A stretch of 64,000 nucleotides of DNA from positions 96,100,001 through 96,164,000 of the forward strand of contig NW_026262581.1 of NCBI RefSeq assembly GCF_021869535.1. The letters are read 5' to 3'. Of this stretch, positions 12,149-24,145 are shown piece by piece; the stretch's first letter is position 1; the number at the start of each line of letters is the position of its first letter. This DNA is from Mytilus californianus (Eukaryota). Made by a program: the position numbers and the translations under genes. The notes below the pieces were generated by a model. It saw nothing but the letters and a program-made list of their open reading frames with translations, ran no database searches and had not been told where the DNA came from.

Positions 12149-12994
12149 GTAAGAAGTTGTACTGTCAGTACTGACAAAAGTGGCAACTATAAAACTATGA
12201 CTTCAAATTCTGAAACTCCATAAATATTAGCATAGACATATATGTCTTTTATTTAATTATTCGGTAAAAATTGCATAAGGTGCAATCTAATCCCTATTAT
12301 CACTGACTGGTTAGGTATATTTAGGCCATCTTTAGTTCTCCATGCCCATGGTAAGCAATTATTTATACTATATACTCAGATATTTAATTTATAACATGAT
12401 GTATATGAATATAAACATACTAAATCAACAAAAAAAGTTGTTGAAAGTCATGCATGGACTATGAATCTATCAGTTCTACCTATATAGCTACAATTAGGGA
12501 CATTCTGCATCTTTTGTCATTAAAAGACCAAAAGCAATCTGCACATGGCAATGCAAAAATTCTGCCCTTACCCAGCTTACCTTCTTTTTTCACATGTTCA
12601 TTGTGAGTTGAACTTTGTAAAATATATGACAAATTACAATTTTGATCCAGTTTCAGTTTTTTTTTTAAATGAAAATTTGGTGGTTGGAGCATGACATGGT
12701 GCCCTATGAACATAAATTCATGTCTTGTTAATGTCCTGTAGTCAAAATATATCAACCCCTTTTTAGATGAATGGGATGCACTGATCTTTCAATTCTTAAA
12801 AAGAAAGATATATTTTTGTACTTAACAAGATGTCAAGCTGGAGATGTATTTTGTTCTTTTAAATTGGAGATAACAATGTAAAAACCTAGCACATCTGTTA
12901 CATAATCATCATTCCATATAAGTATCCAGTATGGAAAAGAACTAACTTGTAATTAAGTTAATCCTAAACTATATTAAAGTTTTTTTCTTTTCAG

Positions 12995-13133
12995 TTTACA
13001 GCATCGAAAGGATCTCAACCAAATACACAGATAAAATATACAACATCAGGAAATTCTGTCACATTCTATTTTACTAGAAGTTCTCCTGCTAATTTGGATT
13101 ATAATATAGAAATAGGAGTCATTGTTATTCCAG
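12995..13133 (+). CDS. CUB-like membrane protein, coding exon 3
   Basis: tttcag acceptor, gtatgt donor; FTASKGSQPNTQIKYTTSGNSVTFYFTRSSPANLDYNIEIGVIVIP (TSGNSVTFYF resembles the CUB C-terminal strands). Confidence 0.85.
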
Positions 13134-13655
13134 GTATGTAGATTGAAATTAAGAATGTAAAGCTGTACTAAGCTGTTTTGGAAAGATTAAATTACCATTC
13201 GTAGTTCTTATTGCCCCAGCAAAAAAAAAATACACAAATTAGTATATTTTTTACATGAGTTATTTATTTAGAAGAATACTTTAAAACATCCATGCTCAAA
13301 TTTAGATGTTTTGAATGATCTTGAATGTGTTATAATCCAAATAATATGTTACGTGTTGATATGTGTTTGTATTGTTGTATCAGCAACTTCTCTTGAACAA
13401 GTGACTAGATTTCAATGAAACTTTAATAATGTCATTATGCACTTGCATTTTTGTTTTTATGTCATTGATTCTTACAACTAATTGTGAAAAGTAGCTGTCA
13501 CCATGGTGATTCAGGAAGATTTACTACCGAATTGCAATCATACCACATCTTATTTTCATAAACTACCCTTATAAAGATCAGTGCTTTAATCATTTATGTA
13601 AAATTTCATACACAATGTTTTACTCTGTGTTAGGGTAAAATGCACTGTTATGCAC

Positions 13656-14642
13656 TTTATTCAAACCTGTTGTATGTAGTCAGTCTGTATAATAGTCTCA
13701 TATTGTAATTTTCTTGTAGTCTCTAATCTTTTCTGAAATCTCGTTAGGTGTAAATATTTTCTGTAGTTTAATAAGGTGGTTGTTTATTATTTGTGTCTGA
13801 GTGGTATGCAAAAACTTTTATAAATGTATAGTGTCAGTGAACAAAACATTGTAGGTCACCAATGGCAGGCTTACTAAAAATTTTGAGTTATATTTATTTA
13901 CCTATTCCAAAGAGCAAAGTTTCATAATGTAAGCCTTCCATTGATGAAATAAAAAGTTTAATGATCACATCAACCTGTATTTTACAGCTGCAATTTAGGT
14001 AAATTATTTTCTGTGTGTATCGATAAGAAGTCCTGATTATTTCCTGTGTGTATTGATGAGAAGTCCTAATGTCCAATATTTAGTTCAAGTAAACTCTCCT
14101 GATTGAGCAAATCTCAATTAAAGTCAAGACAGCAACCCACATATTTAAGCATTGTACACCAATTACCAGCTTCAAACACAAATAAACCAAATTTTACATA
14201 AGGGATATCTGTGTGTTAACCAAAACATAATACTTGCAAGTCACACTGGCTTAAAGCAGGAAGATATGTTAGAATAATAATTTTATTATAAACAATCAAA
14301 TCAGTTTGGCCCTTGAGAAACACTCAGCATACAAAATAAAATTTTGAGTTCCTGCCTGAGCAGGTCAGCTTGCAACCTTCAGTGTAAGGAAGAACCTGCC
14401 TGCCCGACAATGCGCCAGCCAGGAAGTGGAGTGTCTCCACAGAGAGGATGAGAATAGACATCTCATCTGCAGCCGGGTTGTGCAAGGTCTGCATCAGGGG
14501 ATAGCCCATGTGGTGCTATTACAAGTAGTAAGTAGCAGGGTCTATCAAACTGGCGCTGGAATAATTTTGATCAAATTTGTCCCCGAAATGCTTGGGGATG
14601 AATGAAATTTTAGAAATGACCAGTGATAAAATTCCATCAAGG
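13656..14642. repeat. B2 split direct repeat, 987 bp (copy of 15189-16175)
   Basis: Constant 1533-bp offset; identical ORFs in the track (13894/15427 and 14324/15857); no mismatch noticed by eye. Confidence 0.95.
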
Positions 14643-15189
14643 AAATATAATAAGAAAAGAAAAATAAATATATCACTAGTAAAATTGCTGAAATGTTTCT
14701 CTTGTCATGAAACATTATTGAAGGTGTTAGGAAGGTGGATGGTGGGTGGTAAATTAAATAATAGCACTGTAAACTATATCAACTAGTCAGACTGCTATGA
14801 ACCTAGAAAGTGATTATACAAAGACCATGCATATGGCTTCACACACAGATTGGGTACATCAATCATATAGGGGGAGGAGACTGACCTCACTTGGCCTTCA
14901 GAATGATATACTAATTGCTGTGCAATAAATTTTATAAGATCTGTTATCATAATCTGCATTTCCTCACCAAGAGTAATTGCTTGTGACATATATCTGATTA
15001 GGAAAAGATTAATGTTTTTCCTGTTGAGACTCCATAACCTCAAAATGTCAAATACCATAGAAATTATTCTCAAGCTAACACAGGTGGTCAATGATGTTAA
15101 ATGTATCAATGATGTCAGCATCTTTCACCAGATATTAATTGTACTCTTGTTTGTATAAACAAAACTTATATTACATATAAGTAAAATAT
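14643..15189. repeat. A2 split direct repeat; 14969-15189 is duplicated at 17586-17806 (truncated A1)
   Basis: aagagtaattgcttgtg...taagtaaaatat present at both sites, offset 2617. Confidence 0.9.
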
Positions 15190-16175
15190 TTATTCAAACC
15201 TGTTGTATGTAGTCAGTCTGTATAATAGTCTCATATTGTAATTTTCTTGTAGTCTCTAATCTTTTCTGAAATCTCGTTAGGTGTAAATATTTTCTGTAGT
15301 TTAATAAGGTGGTTGTTTATTATTTGTGTCTGAGTGGTATGCAAAAACTTTTATAAATGTATAGTGTCAGTGAACAAAACATTGTAGGTCACCAATGGCA
15401 GGCTTACTAAAAATTTTGAGTTATATTTATTTACCTATTCCAAAGAGCAAAGTTTCATAATGTAAGCCTTCCATTGATGAAATAAAAAGTTTAATGATCA
15501 CATCAACCTGTATTTTACAGCTGCAATTTAGGTAAATTATTTTCTGTGTGTATCGATAAGAAGTCCTGATTATTTCCTGTGTGTATTGATGAGAAGTCCT
15601 AATGTCCAATATTTAGTTCAAGTAAACTCTCCTGATTGAGCAAATCTCAATTAAAGTCAAGACAGCAACCCACATATTTAAGCATTGTACACCAATTACC
15701 AGCTTCAAACACAAATAAACCAAATTTTACATAAGGGATATCTGTGTGTTAACCAAAACATAATACTTGCAAGTCACACTGGCTTAAAGCAGGAAGATAT
15801 GTTAGAATAATAATTTTATTATAAACAATCAAATCAGTTTGGCCCTTGAGAAACACTCAGCATACAAAATAAAATTTTGAGTTCCTGCCTGAGCAGGTCA
15901 GCTTGCAACCTTCAGTGTAAGGAAGAACCTGCCTGCCCGACAATGCGCCAGCCAGGAAGTGGAGTGTCTCCACAGAGAGGATGAGAATAGACATCTCATC
16001 TGCAGCCGGGTTGTGCAAGGTCTGCATCAGGGGATAGCCCATGTGGTGCTATTACAAGTAGTAAGTAGCAGGGTCTATCAAACTGGCGCTGGAATAATTT
16101 TGATCAAATTTGTCCCCGAAATGCTTGGGGATGAATGAAATTTTAGAAATGACCAGTGATAAAATTCCATCAAGG
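15189..16175. repeat. B1 split direct repeat, 987 bp
   Basis: Copy of 13656-14642; the two diverge immediately after ccatcaagg. Confidence 0.95.
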
Positions 16176-16367
16176 TCCAAAAACACAGATGGAACAGCTG
16201 CGTGCCCCCAAGGATTTAGGAGTGTGGACTTATTCACCTTCAATAAAGTCATGAGAAAAGAAAAAAAGAAAAAATAATATAATAATAAAATACACCTGTT
16301 GACATATAAAATCAAAATAATAAAAATACATTTTGTAATGATAGATCAAATATCATGATGCTTTGTG

Positions 16368-17381
16368 TTAAGAATTACCTAACAAATCTTGTGCATACTT
16401 AATTGAAGAAGATGACACTCTTATATACCTGCAGTAACTATCAGAGGACCAGCGTCCTAGTACTTTGACCAAATGGTCTTCAATATGTGCTTTACCTGCA
16501 GTTGTGGCAGCTCCAATGCGTAGGCTATGACCATTATAGTGATCGGGATTGAAGCCACATAAACTAAGTACATGTTTAATGCAATTAATGAAATAATTTC
16601 TTTCTAAGGCTAAAGAATTTTGTGAGATAAAAAATGGATCAGATGGGAGATTAGGAATTAGATTTTTTCGAATTTGAAAATATTTGATTAAGATTTTATA
16701 AGGACAAATCTGATTTTGTACTTTATGAAGTTGAATATCTATACCCTTCCTAAAAGGATCTGTTTTTGACTGTTTCAGTTTCAAAACGGTCATATCTTTA
16801 TGAAATGTAATATCTCCAATACATAAATTTACAGATGAGTCATATTGGTTGGCATTCAAAACTGTGAATTCTCCGCATCTCATAAAGCCATAAAAACCTA
16901 CTGTACAGGCTGTTTCTAGCATTAAATCAATAAAAGGGGTAAACACCCCATGTCTAAGACGAAATATGATTTTTTCTAAAATCTCAAAAGTAATAGGTAA
17001 TCTCTTATGGTTCCTAGGTTTTTGAAGTTTTTTGACAGAGTTCAAAATGTAAGTGAGTCTATCTAAAGGTGTGTTGTTGTCAGATTCTAAAGGGTCTTTA
17101 CAACTATTCTGCAAATACCTGTATCTTATTCCACATAAATACAATTTAATGGTAGAATACTGTAGTTTTAAGAAATGGAAACAATATGCTATAAAGAAAA
17201 TTAAAATGTCTTCTGAAATAGGAGGTAAGAAATCATATTTGAAATTGTTCAGCAACATAAATCTCTCAAAATGTTTGAAACCAGTTTCATATGCACTCTT
17301 TGTTTTGCTTGCAATAGCAACGTCCCAAAGTTGATTAACTATTTTGTTCAGGACCACATTACTTCTGAATTGGGTGGGCAC
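16368..17381 (-). CDS. Tyrosine recombinase (phage-integrase family) of the Ngaro-type element, 337 aa, intact
   Basis: N-terminal SAM-like region (TKSAYETGFKHF), GFMRCGEF (R), LKQSKTDPF (K), GHSLRIGAAT (HxxR), GRWSSDSYCRY (W, Y). Confidence 0.95.
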   Translation of the reverse strand: MPTQFRSNVVLNKIVNQLWDVAIASKTKSAYETGFKHFERFMLLNNFKYDFLPPISEDILIFFIAYCFHFLKLQYSTIKLYLCGIRYRYLQNSCKDPLESDNNTPLDRLTYILNSVKKLQKPRNHKRLPITFEILEKIIFRLRHGVFTPFIDLMLETACTVGFYGFMRCGEFTVLNANQYDSSVNLCIGDITFHKDMTVLKLKQSKTDPFRKGIDIQLHKVQNQICPYKILIKYFQIRKNLIPNLPSDPFFISQNSLALERNYFINCIKHVLSLCGFNPDHYNGHSLRIGAATTAGKAHIEDHLVKVLGRWSSDSYCRYIRVSSSSIKYAQDLLGNS

Positions 17382-17585
17382 TGATGAGGTTTTAGTGCTG
17401 CATTTGGAGCCAGTCTGCGGAAACGGTTTATCTGTAAACGAGACAAAGCGTCACTTATTTCATTTTCATATCCTGGTACATGTTTCGCACTAAAATGAAA
17501 GTTATATTTACAGGCACACCATGTTAATTGTCGCATTAATTTCATGATCTGCAAGCATTTAGAGCGACCTTTTTTCACTATTGCA
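17348..17585 (-). pseudogene. C-terminal remnant of DIRS-group RNase H
   Basis: AIVKKGRSKCLQIMKLMRQLTW...AKHVPGYENEISDALSR, the typical DIRS/Ngaro RNase H HVPG..N..AD.LSR motif; 5' end fused directly to A1. Confidence 0.85.
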
Positions 17586-17854
17586 AAGAGTAATTGCTTG
17601 TGACATATATCTGATTAGGAAAAGATTAATGTTTTTCCTGTTGAGACTCCATAACCTCAAAATGTCAAATACCATAGAAATTATTCTCAAGCTAACACAG
17701 GTGGTCAATGATGTTAAATGTATCAATGATGTCAGCATCTTTCACCAGATATTAATTGTACTCTTGTTTGTATAAACAAAACTTATATTACATATAAGTA
17801 AAATATATAATACATGTACAGGGAATTCAAAATGTATTTTTTTTCTAATTTCAG

Positions 17855-18244
17855 GGGATCCTACCAGCCAAGATGAATGTAGAACTGGGAATGAATATGG
17901 CTGCAATTATTACGGCTATAAACAGGTTATTGATAAAGAAACAGTTATTGGTATTGTAGGTGGCATTTTTGGGCTGATTGTTTTCATAGTTATACCAATC
18001 ATTGTTATTTGCTGTTATCGAAGGAGTAAAGGGGTTAACAAAAAGTGGGATGAATTCAAACTTCATGATACAGTAACAAACACTGCAGCTGATATTCACA
18101 ATTCTAATGCAAGCTTAACAACAACAAAATCTAAAAAAGGTCCATGGACATCCCAGAGTTCCAGAGTACCATATTCTGATGGAAAGAGATCTTATGGGAG
18201 AGGGAGCAGATATAGTGATGGTGGAGAAAGTGAATTTAGTGCAA
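17855..18244 (+). CDS. CUB-like membrane protein, coding exon 4 (TM helix)
   Basis: aatttcag acceptor, gtaggt donor; DPTSQDECRTGNEYGC...VIGIVGGIFGLIVFIVIPIIVICCYRRSK; phase 1 to 1. Missed by the ORF track. Confidence 0.85.
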
Positions 18245-19277
18245 GTAGGTTAAATATATAAGTTTGTTAAATATAGAGTGGATATATTACAATCTTCTTG
18301 AAACAACTATGTAGCAAGATATGATGTTAGCCATCACAAACAGAAAGTGTTTCTAAAGTCAAAATAAAGAAAATTATTTTTCTCGGGAACTACAGATCAC
18401 TTAGATACTAAAATTTAGTATTAAACATCAAGTAAGCATGCTATACCATGTGAAGTAATTTTAAGATATTCTATTGAGCTGTCTGCTGTAAACCTGTCTG
18501 GTTCCAGCTGAATCATTTTCACAGGGAACATCACCCACCCTTTTTGTGTAAATGTTCTGTCCTTTTTCTTGTTATCTTGGCTTCCTGCTCTTCTCATTGC
18601 ATCACCCTGTCCTTATATTGAGCTGCCCTTTCCTTCCTTTATTTCAACAAAATTTGTCAATACAGTACTTGAAATTTTACTATATTCACTGAACTGACCA
18701 AAGTTAACTTTAATTTTCTTGCCTTATACTAATTTAGTCTTCTGCAAAATTAGGTATTATTGTAACTGATGTTTTGTTGTTTGCATTCTGATATAAGTAC
18801 ATTTTTGGTCTGGTTTCTCTTGTTTGTTTTTCATTATATAATTTGTTATTCCACCTTTTGAGATGCTAATAAAGGAAGGCTCAGAACTTCAAAGCTACTT
18901 TAACCAAGCTACATTTTTGTTGAGAAGTTTGGAATAAACACGCATATTATGTATCTGATGAGTCAAATTTGTAATGAACTAGAAAAAAGATGAATTGAAA
19001 AAATGACAAAAGATTTGACATCTACTGTATTCAAACAGAAAGTGTAGAGAGGGCAATTAACATCCATTAACAAGATACTGACTTAAGGACAAACAGGTTT
19101 ACATGTCTTATTTATAATGCATGAAGTAAAGTACAGAGGTGCTAGAAACTGTTTATTATTTTTTTTCATCTCTAATAGTCAAGATAACTATTTAAAAATA
19201 TTTTTAAATTTTCATTGTTCATTTCATTACAGTTATACTGACTATAAACTTTATGTTGACCAATTTTTTTCTTTCAG

Positions 19278-20344
19278 GTATTGACATTCCTCCAAAAGGT
19301 AGGCCTCCTCCTCCTCCATATGATGAATATGACAGGGGGCGTTCCTATAGAGATGGTCCTCGAAGTAATAGGAATGGATATCGAGACGATAGGAACAGAA
19401 ATGATCGCTATGATGATAGGGTGGACAGAGATTACAGATCTGAGAGGAACAGTAGGCCTCGGTATGATTCTGACAGGAAATCTTATTACAGTTCCTCAGA
19501 TGATACTTCATATGTTCAAGGAAGAGATGATCATCCACAGGAAGTTTTCATCGAAAGAATAATAGAACCTCGGGTAAAACCCAAATCAAAAGCAGAGTTA
19601 CAAAAGCGTGCAAAATATGAGGAAGATGATGAAGATCCGTACGATAAAATTGTTGACAAAGATAGTCCAAAATTTAAACCAAAGAAAGCAGTCAAAGAGA
19701 GTGCCATACAGTGTGAGCAAGAATCATCTGAGGATAATGAGTCAAATACTGAGAGTGATGATGAACCACTATCAACTGATGATGAAGATATGATCAAGAA
19801 AAAGAAAAATGAAGCACAAAAAGCAGCTTTATATGCAAAGCCAAGCAAAAAAGGTAGAAAACAGACACAAGCTGAGCCTGCTCCACCTCCAGCTGTTGTC
19901 CAACCAACACAGCCTGTACATATGGTCCCTGGCCAGCCTGTATTCTACAATGTACAGGCACCAAATGGTCCACCATTCCCAAGACCAATTCCTCCAGTGC
20001 AACAACCATACTTTACTCAACCTACTCATCCTCGTCCATTCATGTCTATTTCAGGTCTACCTCCTCAGCAACCCATGGGATACCCTCCTCCCATGTCTGC
20101 AAGATTTCCTCCTCCTCCTCCTGCTCAGGTACACAGGCCACCAGCTCCTCCAATGTACACTTCCTCACAAGCTGCTCCCCTGCAGCCTCCAGTATTCACA
20201 CATTTAGTACAGAGAGGTTATGGCAGACAATCACCAAGCTTAGACGGTTCAGAAGGAGGTAGGAATCAAACAGACGATTCAGACAGGACAGCTAATCTAG
20301 GAAGTGGAGTAGAATTTATGAAAAGGACAACTACAACTGTTTAA
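19278..20344 (+). CDS. CUB-like membrane protein, last exon (low-complexity cytoplasmic tail)
   Basis: ctttcag acceptor, phase 1; PPPPPPYDEY, RD-rich, acidic, then Pro/Gln-rich segments; ends RTTTTV*. Confidence 0.85.
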
Positions 20345-21618
20345 TTGACAATGTTATAGGTAAACTATATTATTCTTTTTGTAGAAATTTTGCTAAAATA
20401 TAGACAGTTAGCATGTAAAGAAAGTTCTACATGGAATCTCAAGACTTTGAACTGGTAAAGAAAAACAATTATTTGGAAGGATTTTAGAAACTGAAAAATA
20501 ATAGGATCAATAATAAAAAAAAGTTTGAGATAAGAAGGGAAGTTTGACTGAATTAAAAAAAAATAATAAAGGAATAATTAAGTGCAATTTACCTATTATG
20601 GTAATTAATTTTTGTTCAATCTGTATAATTATAGATTTTATTATATGATATGTACAATTCATTTATATATTTGTATGTTTCTTGTATATTTTATGCTATA
20701 TATTAGATGTACTACATGTTAGTATTTAGTAATCATTAATACATTTTGTAGCATAATTAGTAATTGAAAGTGCTGTTTCTGTGTATTTGATTTAAAGGGA
20801 TTTTTTTTTAGAAGGCTGGGTTCTTCTATTAAAGTTATTATGATACAAAATAACTGGTTTGTACTTGTGGAAAGAAGTAGCAGAGTGCACAAGAAGGAGT
20901 TGTTTTGATAGACTTTAACTTTTTATCTTGTAAACCAAAAAAATATGTCCTATGGTGACAAAAAGTATTACCGTAAGTGATGATCATTATAGATTTGACT
21001 TTGAGGGTTAAAAATGACTATGCCATCTGATGAAATGCCAAAAAATGTTAAGTGAATATGTATTTTAATTTTGGCTATTTCTAGTTATCAAGATTTAAAA
21101 AAAAAAGGTCATGTCTATTTTAATTAACATTTTAAAGGCTAATAATTATTAAATCAATCCTTAAAATATTCAACAAGCCTAAAATTTCTAATTGTAAATC
21201 ATAGATTAGATTTATCTTTCTTGTTGGTTCAATACATTGTTATTGATATTATACCCTCCAAGGGAATCCCAGTAAGCTATATTTAAATGGTACTATGTCT
21301 TCATCATGTGTGTATGACTTTGTTTTGACATACCACTAAATTAACAATTTTTACAAGTTCTTAAGATTATTTTTTAATTGGATATAGGAATGGAGGCTTA
21401 ACTTGTAGAATTCTTCAAGACATTGAATTCTGTTTTGGTTGAAAATTTCCATTTGATGGTATGAGTTGTTTGAATGTAACTGAATATGATAAAATGTTAA
21501 GATTGATTCTCATCTTGCTGTCCACATTTCTGATTTATGTTCCTTAGCTTTCCTTGTAGATCATTTATACTTTTGTTTGTTACACTATTAGGCCAAGACA
21601 AATAATTTGAGTACATTT

Positions 21619-21868
21619 GGCCTCGGTGGGTAAGTGGTTTAAGTAGTCGAACTACTGTATCACTGGCCTGTCAACACTATGCGAGTTCATATCCCACATG
21701 TGGCAGGTGCACTGGACTCCAATCTTGATTGACTAGGATTGTCAGTTTTCCCATCGAAGGTCCGTGGTCCTCTCCAGGCACTCTGGCTTCCTCCACCAAT
21801 AAAAACTTACCACCACGAAATAGCACTATAGTGCTGAAAGTGGCTTTAAACACCAATGAATCAATCAA
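21619..21868 (+). mobile_element. tRNA-headed SINE with V-domain-like core
   Basis: A-box-like ggtgggtaagtgg, B-box-like gagttcatatc, core ggtcctctccaggcactctggcttcctcca, (aatc)n tail. Confidence 0.65.
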
Positions 21869-24145
21869 GTACATTTCACCAACTTATTGTATGCTCTACC
21901 ATGTTTCCATAGATCCCAGAAAAGATATTTTGCATAAAAAAATTCTGTACCAGTAACAAAAAACAGTTGTTTTATAACTTTTACTTCTCTGCAAGCAGTA
22001 AATATATGTATTGAGAAGCATTTTAAATGATGTTATCAGAATTTTAATGTTTTAATATTTTCAAATTTATGTTTTTAAATGAATTCAGATATTTTTTATA
22101 TTTTATAAGATATTACATTGTTAATAGTGTATATTTAAGATTTAGATTTTTTCTTCAATGAAGACCATTTTTAAGGAAGTACAATTAGTACATGTATATT
22201 CATCATTTTTATAGTATTTCATCAAATCAAATCAAATGAACATCTGATCAATAAATATTGATCAGATGTACATTTTATCTTAATCAGATCAAGAAAATTA
22301 ATTTAAAACCATTTCATTATTAAGTCTCTTTTTTTTCTGTGTTACCTTCAAAAATATTATAAATTGTCCTTGTATAGCATTATAATATTTCCCATAGAAT
22401 GTAAAAAAAAGTAACACACAGTATTCTATGATATTGCACTAGTGCAAATATAGTGTCATCATTGAAAAAAATTGTTTTAAAAAGTTTTTCAAACTTTGAT
22501 ATACATTAAAGGGGTTAATATTCATGAATATTGGTGAATATTATCCCTGTATATTATCAATATTCATGCATTAACCCTATAACATTGGTAATAAACAATT
22601 ATTTGTATCAATGGTTGCACATTAATGAATTCATATGATATGAAAGTTTGTAACAACACTAGATGGCATCTGGGACTGACGGATACGAATGTATTAGTCC
22701 CAGATTGCAAGTTTTATTTACCAATAATGTAAAAGTTATCTGCTGTAAATATCAAGCATTGAATATGAATGCACATATGTTTTTAATCTGAAGTACATTT
22801 GTTGTATCTATTTATTTTAAGGATTAAAACTGGTTGTATATCTGAATACTTTTAGATATCTTTGTTTGTGTAAACTTCCGACATATATTTCCTATCTTTT
22901 ATGATTATCTGTTACATGCATACAGTATCAATGTAATTTTTTTTTTAAGTGTTGCCTCTGGATGTTTCAAAACAACAATCTAACAATCAGTTTCCAAGGA
23001 CTTTATTCCTCTGAAAAAAAGTTTGATTCTTTTTATATTATCATCTTTAAAATTTTAATCTACCAGTTGTTTTTTACATTCCAAATCAATTTATCTATAT
23101 CAAAATGTATGTGATTTTGTGATAGTTTTTATATTTAATTGGTGTTCATTGATCGACTGCAAAGCAGTAAGTTATTTGATTTTTGTAAGGAAAAGTAATA
23201 AATAATTTAACATACTAAGTGTTACATAATTTATACTCATACCACATCTGATATAAATAAGATGTGGTATGAGTACCAATGAGACAACTCTCCATCCAAG
23301 TTACAATGTATAAAAAGTTAACAATTATAGGTCAAAGTAAGGCCTTCAACACAGAGCCTTGGCTCACACCGAACAGCTTGTAATCCCATCTCATATTCTG
23401 CGACATTCATCACAGGCAAGACAAAAATCACCTGAAAGCAGGTTCTAAGTATTGAAAGTCATATGCTGACCTCTAAATCCCTTTCTTATATGAATGAAGG
23501 AGATCTGAAATGTAATTCAATGAATCAAATCTAACAACACAAAAACAAAAACAAATCAACAGCCATTTAGGGATTTACATACCTTCATATCTTCAAAAAC
23601 AGACAAATATTTATACAATATGTCAAGCTCTAAATCTCACAAACTTTTAGAAAAGTTATTAAATTTAACGGTGAGTATCAATGCATATGATATATTATTT
23701 GGCCCTTGAAATTCCAAAAATGGTTAACTTATTCAAGCCTTTCAAAATTATGTTAATTATATTTTTCATACATTAACATCTTTGTTAAATGTCTTTTTTG
23801 GTAAAATTGTTGCTCATATCCCAATTTTAATGACAAGATATCAAAATGGGGCTATTTTGGCAGTTTTTGCTGTTTTACACTAGGTAAATGTAAGAAGTTT
23901 GAAGTCCTATGTTTAACAAAATTCAAAAATAAATAAGCTGGTGTCTGATAGACTTATGTCTTGTGACCATCTGAAGGATGTTATTTGGTAGCTTTAAAAT
24001 ACTTTTTGATTTTCTAATTCAAGGGGCCAGTAAAGAGGCCTTTATCATGCCTTCTCCTTTATTTGAAGCAACATAAGCTATAGACTATCACAGAGGAGGT
24101 TGCTGTTTTTGAACAGGAACATGTTCATGTGTCAAGTTCAACTAG

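Larger units (their letters stand above)
13656..17806 (-). mobile_element. Ngaro/PAT-type tyrosine-recombinase retrotransposon with split direct repeats, internally deleted
   Basis: Minus-strand order A1 (17586-17806), RNase H tail, YR, B1 (15189-16175), A2 (14643-15189), B2 (13656-14642); the B1/A2 junction equals the element end joined to its start. Confidence 0.85.

Noticed and set aside
13656-16175. 987-bp duplication as a simple tandem duplication or mis-assembly
   Set aside because: The A and B copies interleave as A1..B1-A2-B2 around a YR gene, with an exact end-to-start junction. An artefact is unlikely, but only reads can exclude it.
16368-17381. Phage or bacterial integrase (contamination or HGT)
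   Set aside because: It overlaps a DIRS-type RNase H tail and lies within split direct repeats in a spliceosomal intron.
17851-18099. 82-aa minus-strand ORF, and other antisense ORFs at 19251-20029, 26921-27121 and 36857-37183
   Set aside because: Shadows or alternative frames of real exons on the opposite strand or in another frame.
18244-18248. Alternative donor AG|gttaaa, and the similar AG|gtacag at 49077
   Set aside because: Both shift the frame against the next exon, and the second GT is just part of the GTAGGT consensus.
18950-18990. ctgatgagtc as a hammerhead core
   Set aside because: No closing stem II partner followed by GAAA.
21619-21700. tRNA gene (also 32760-32833)
   Set aside because: Only degenerate A and B boxes with no cloverleaf, continuing into SINE core and tail sequence.
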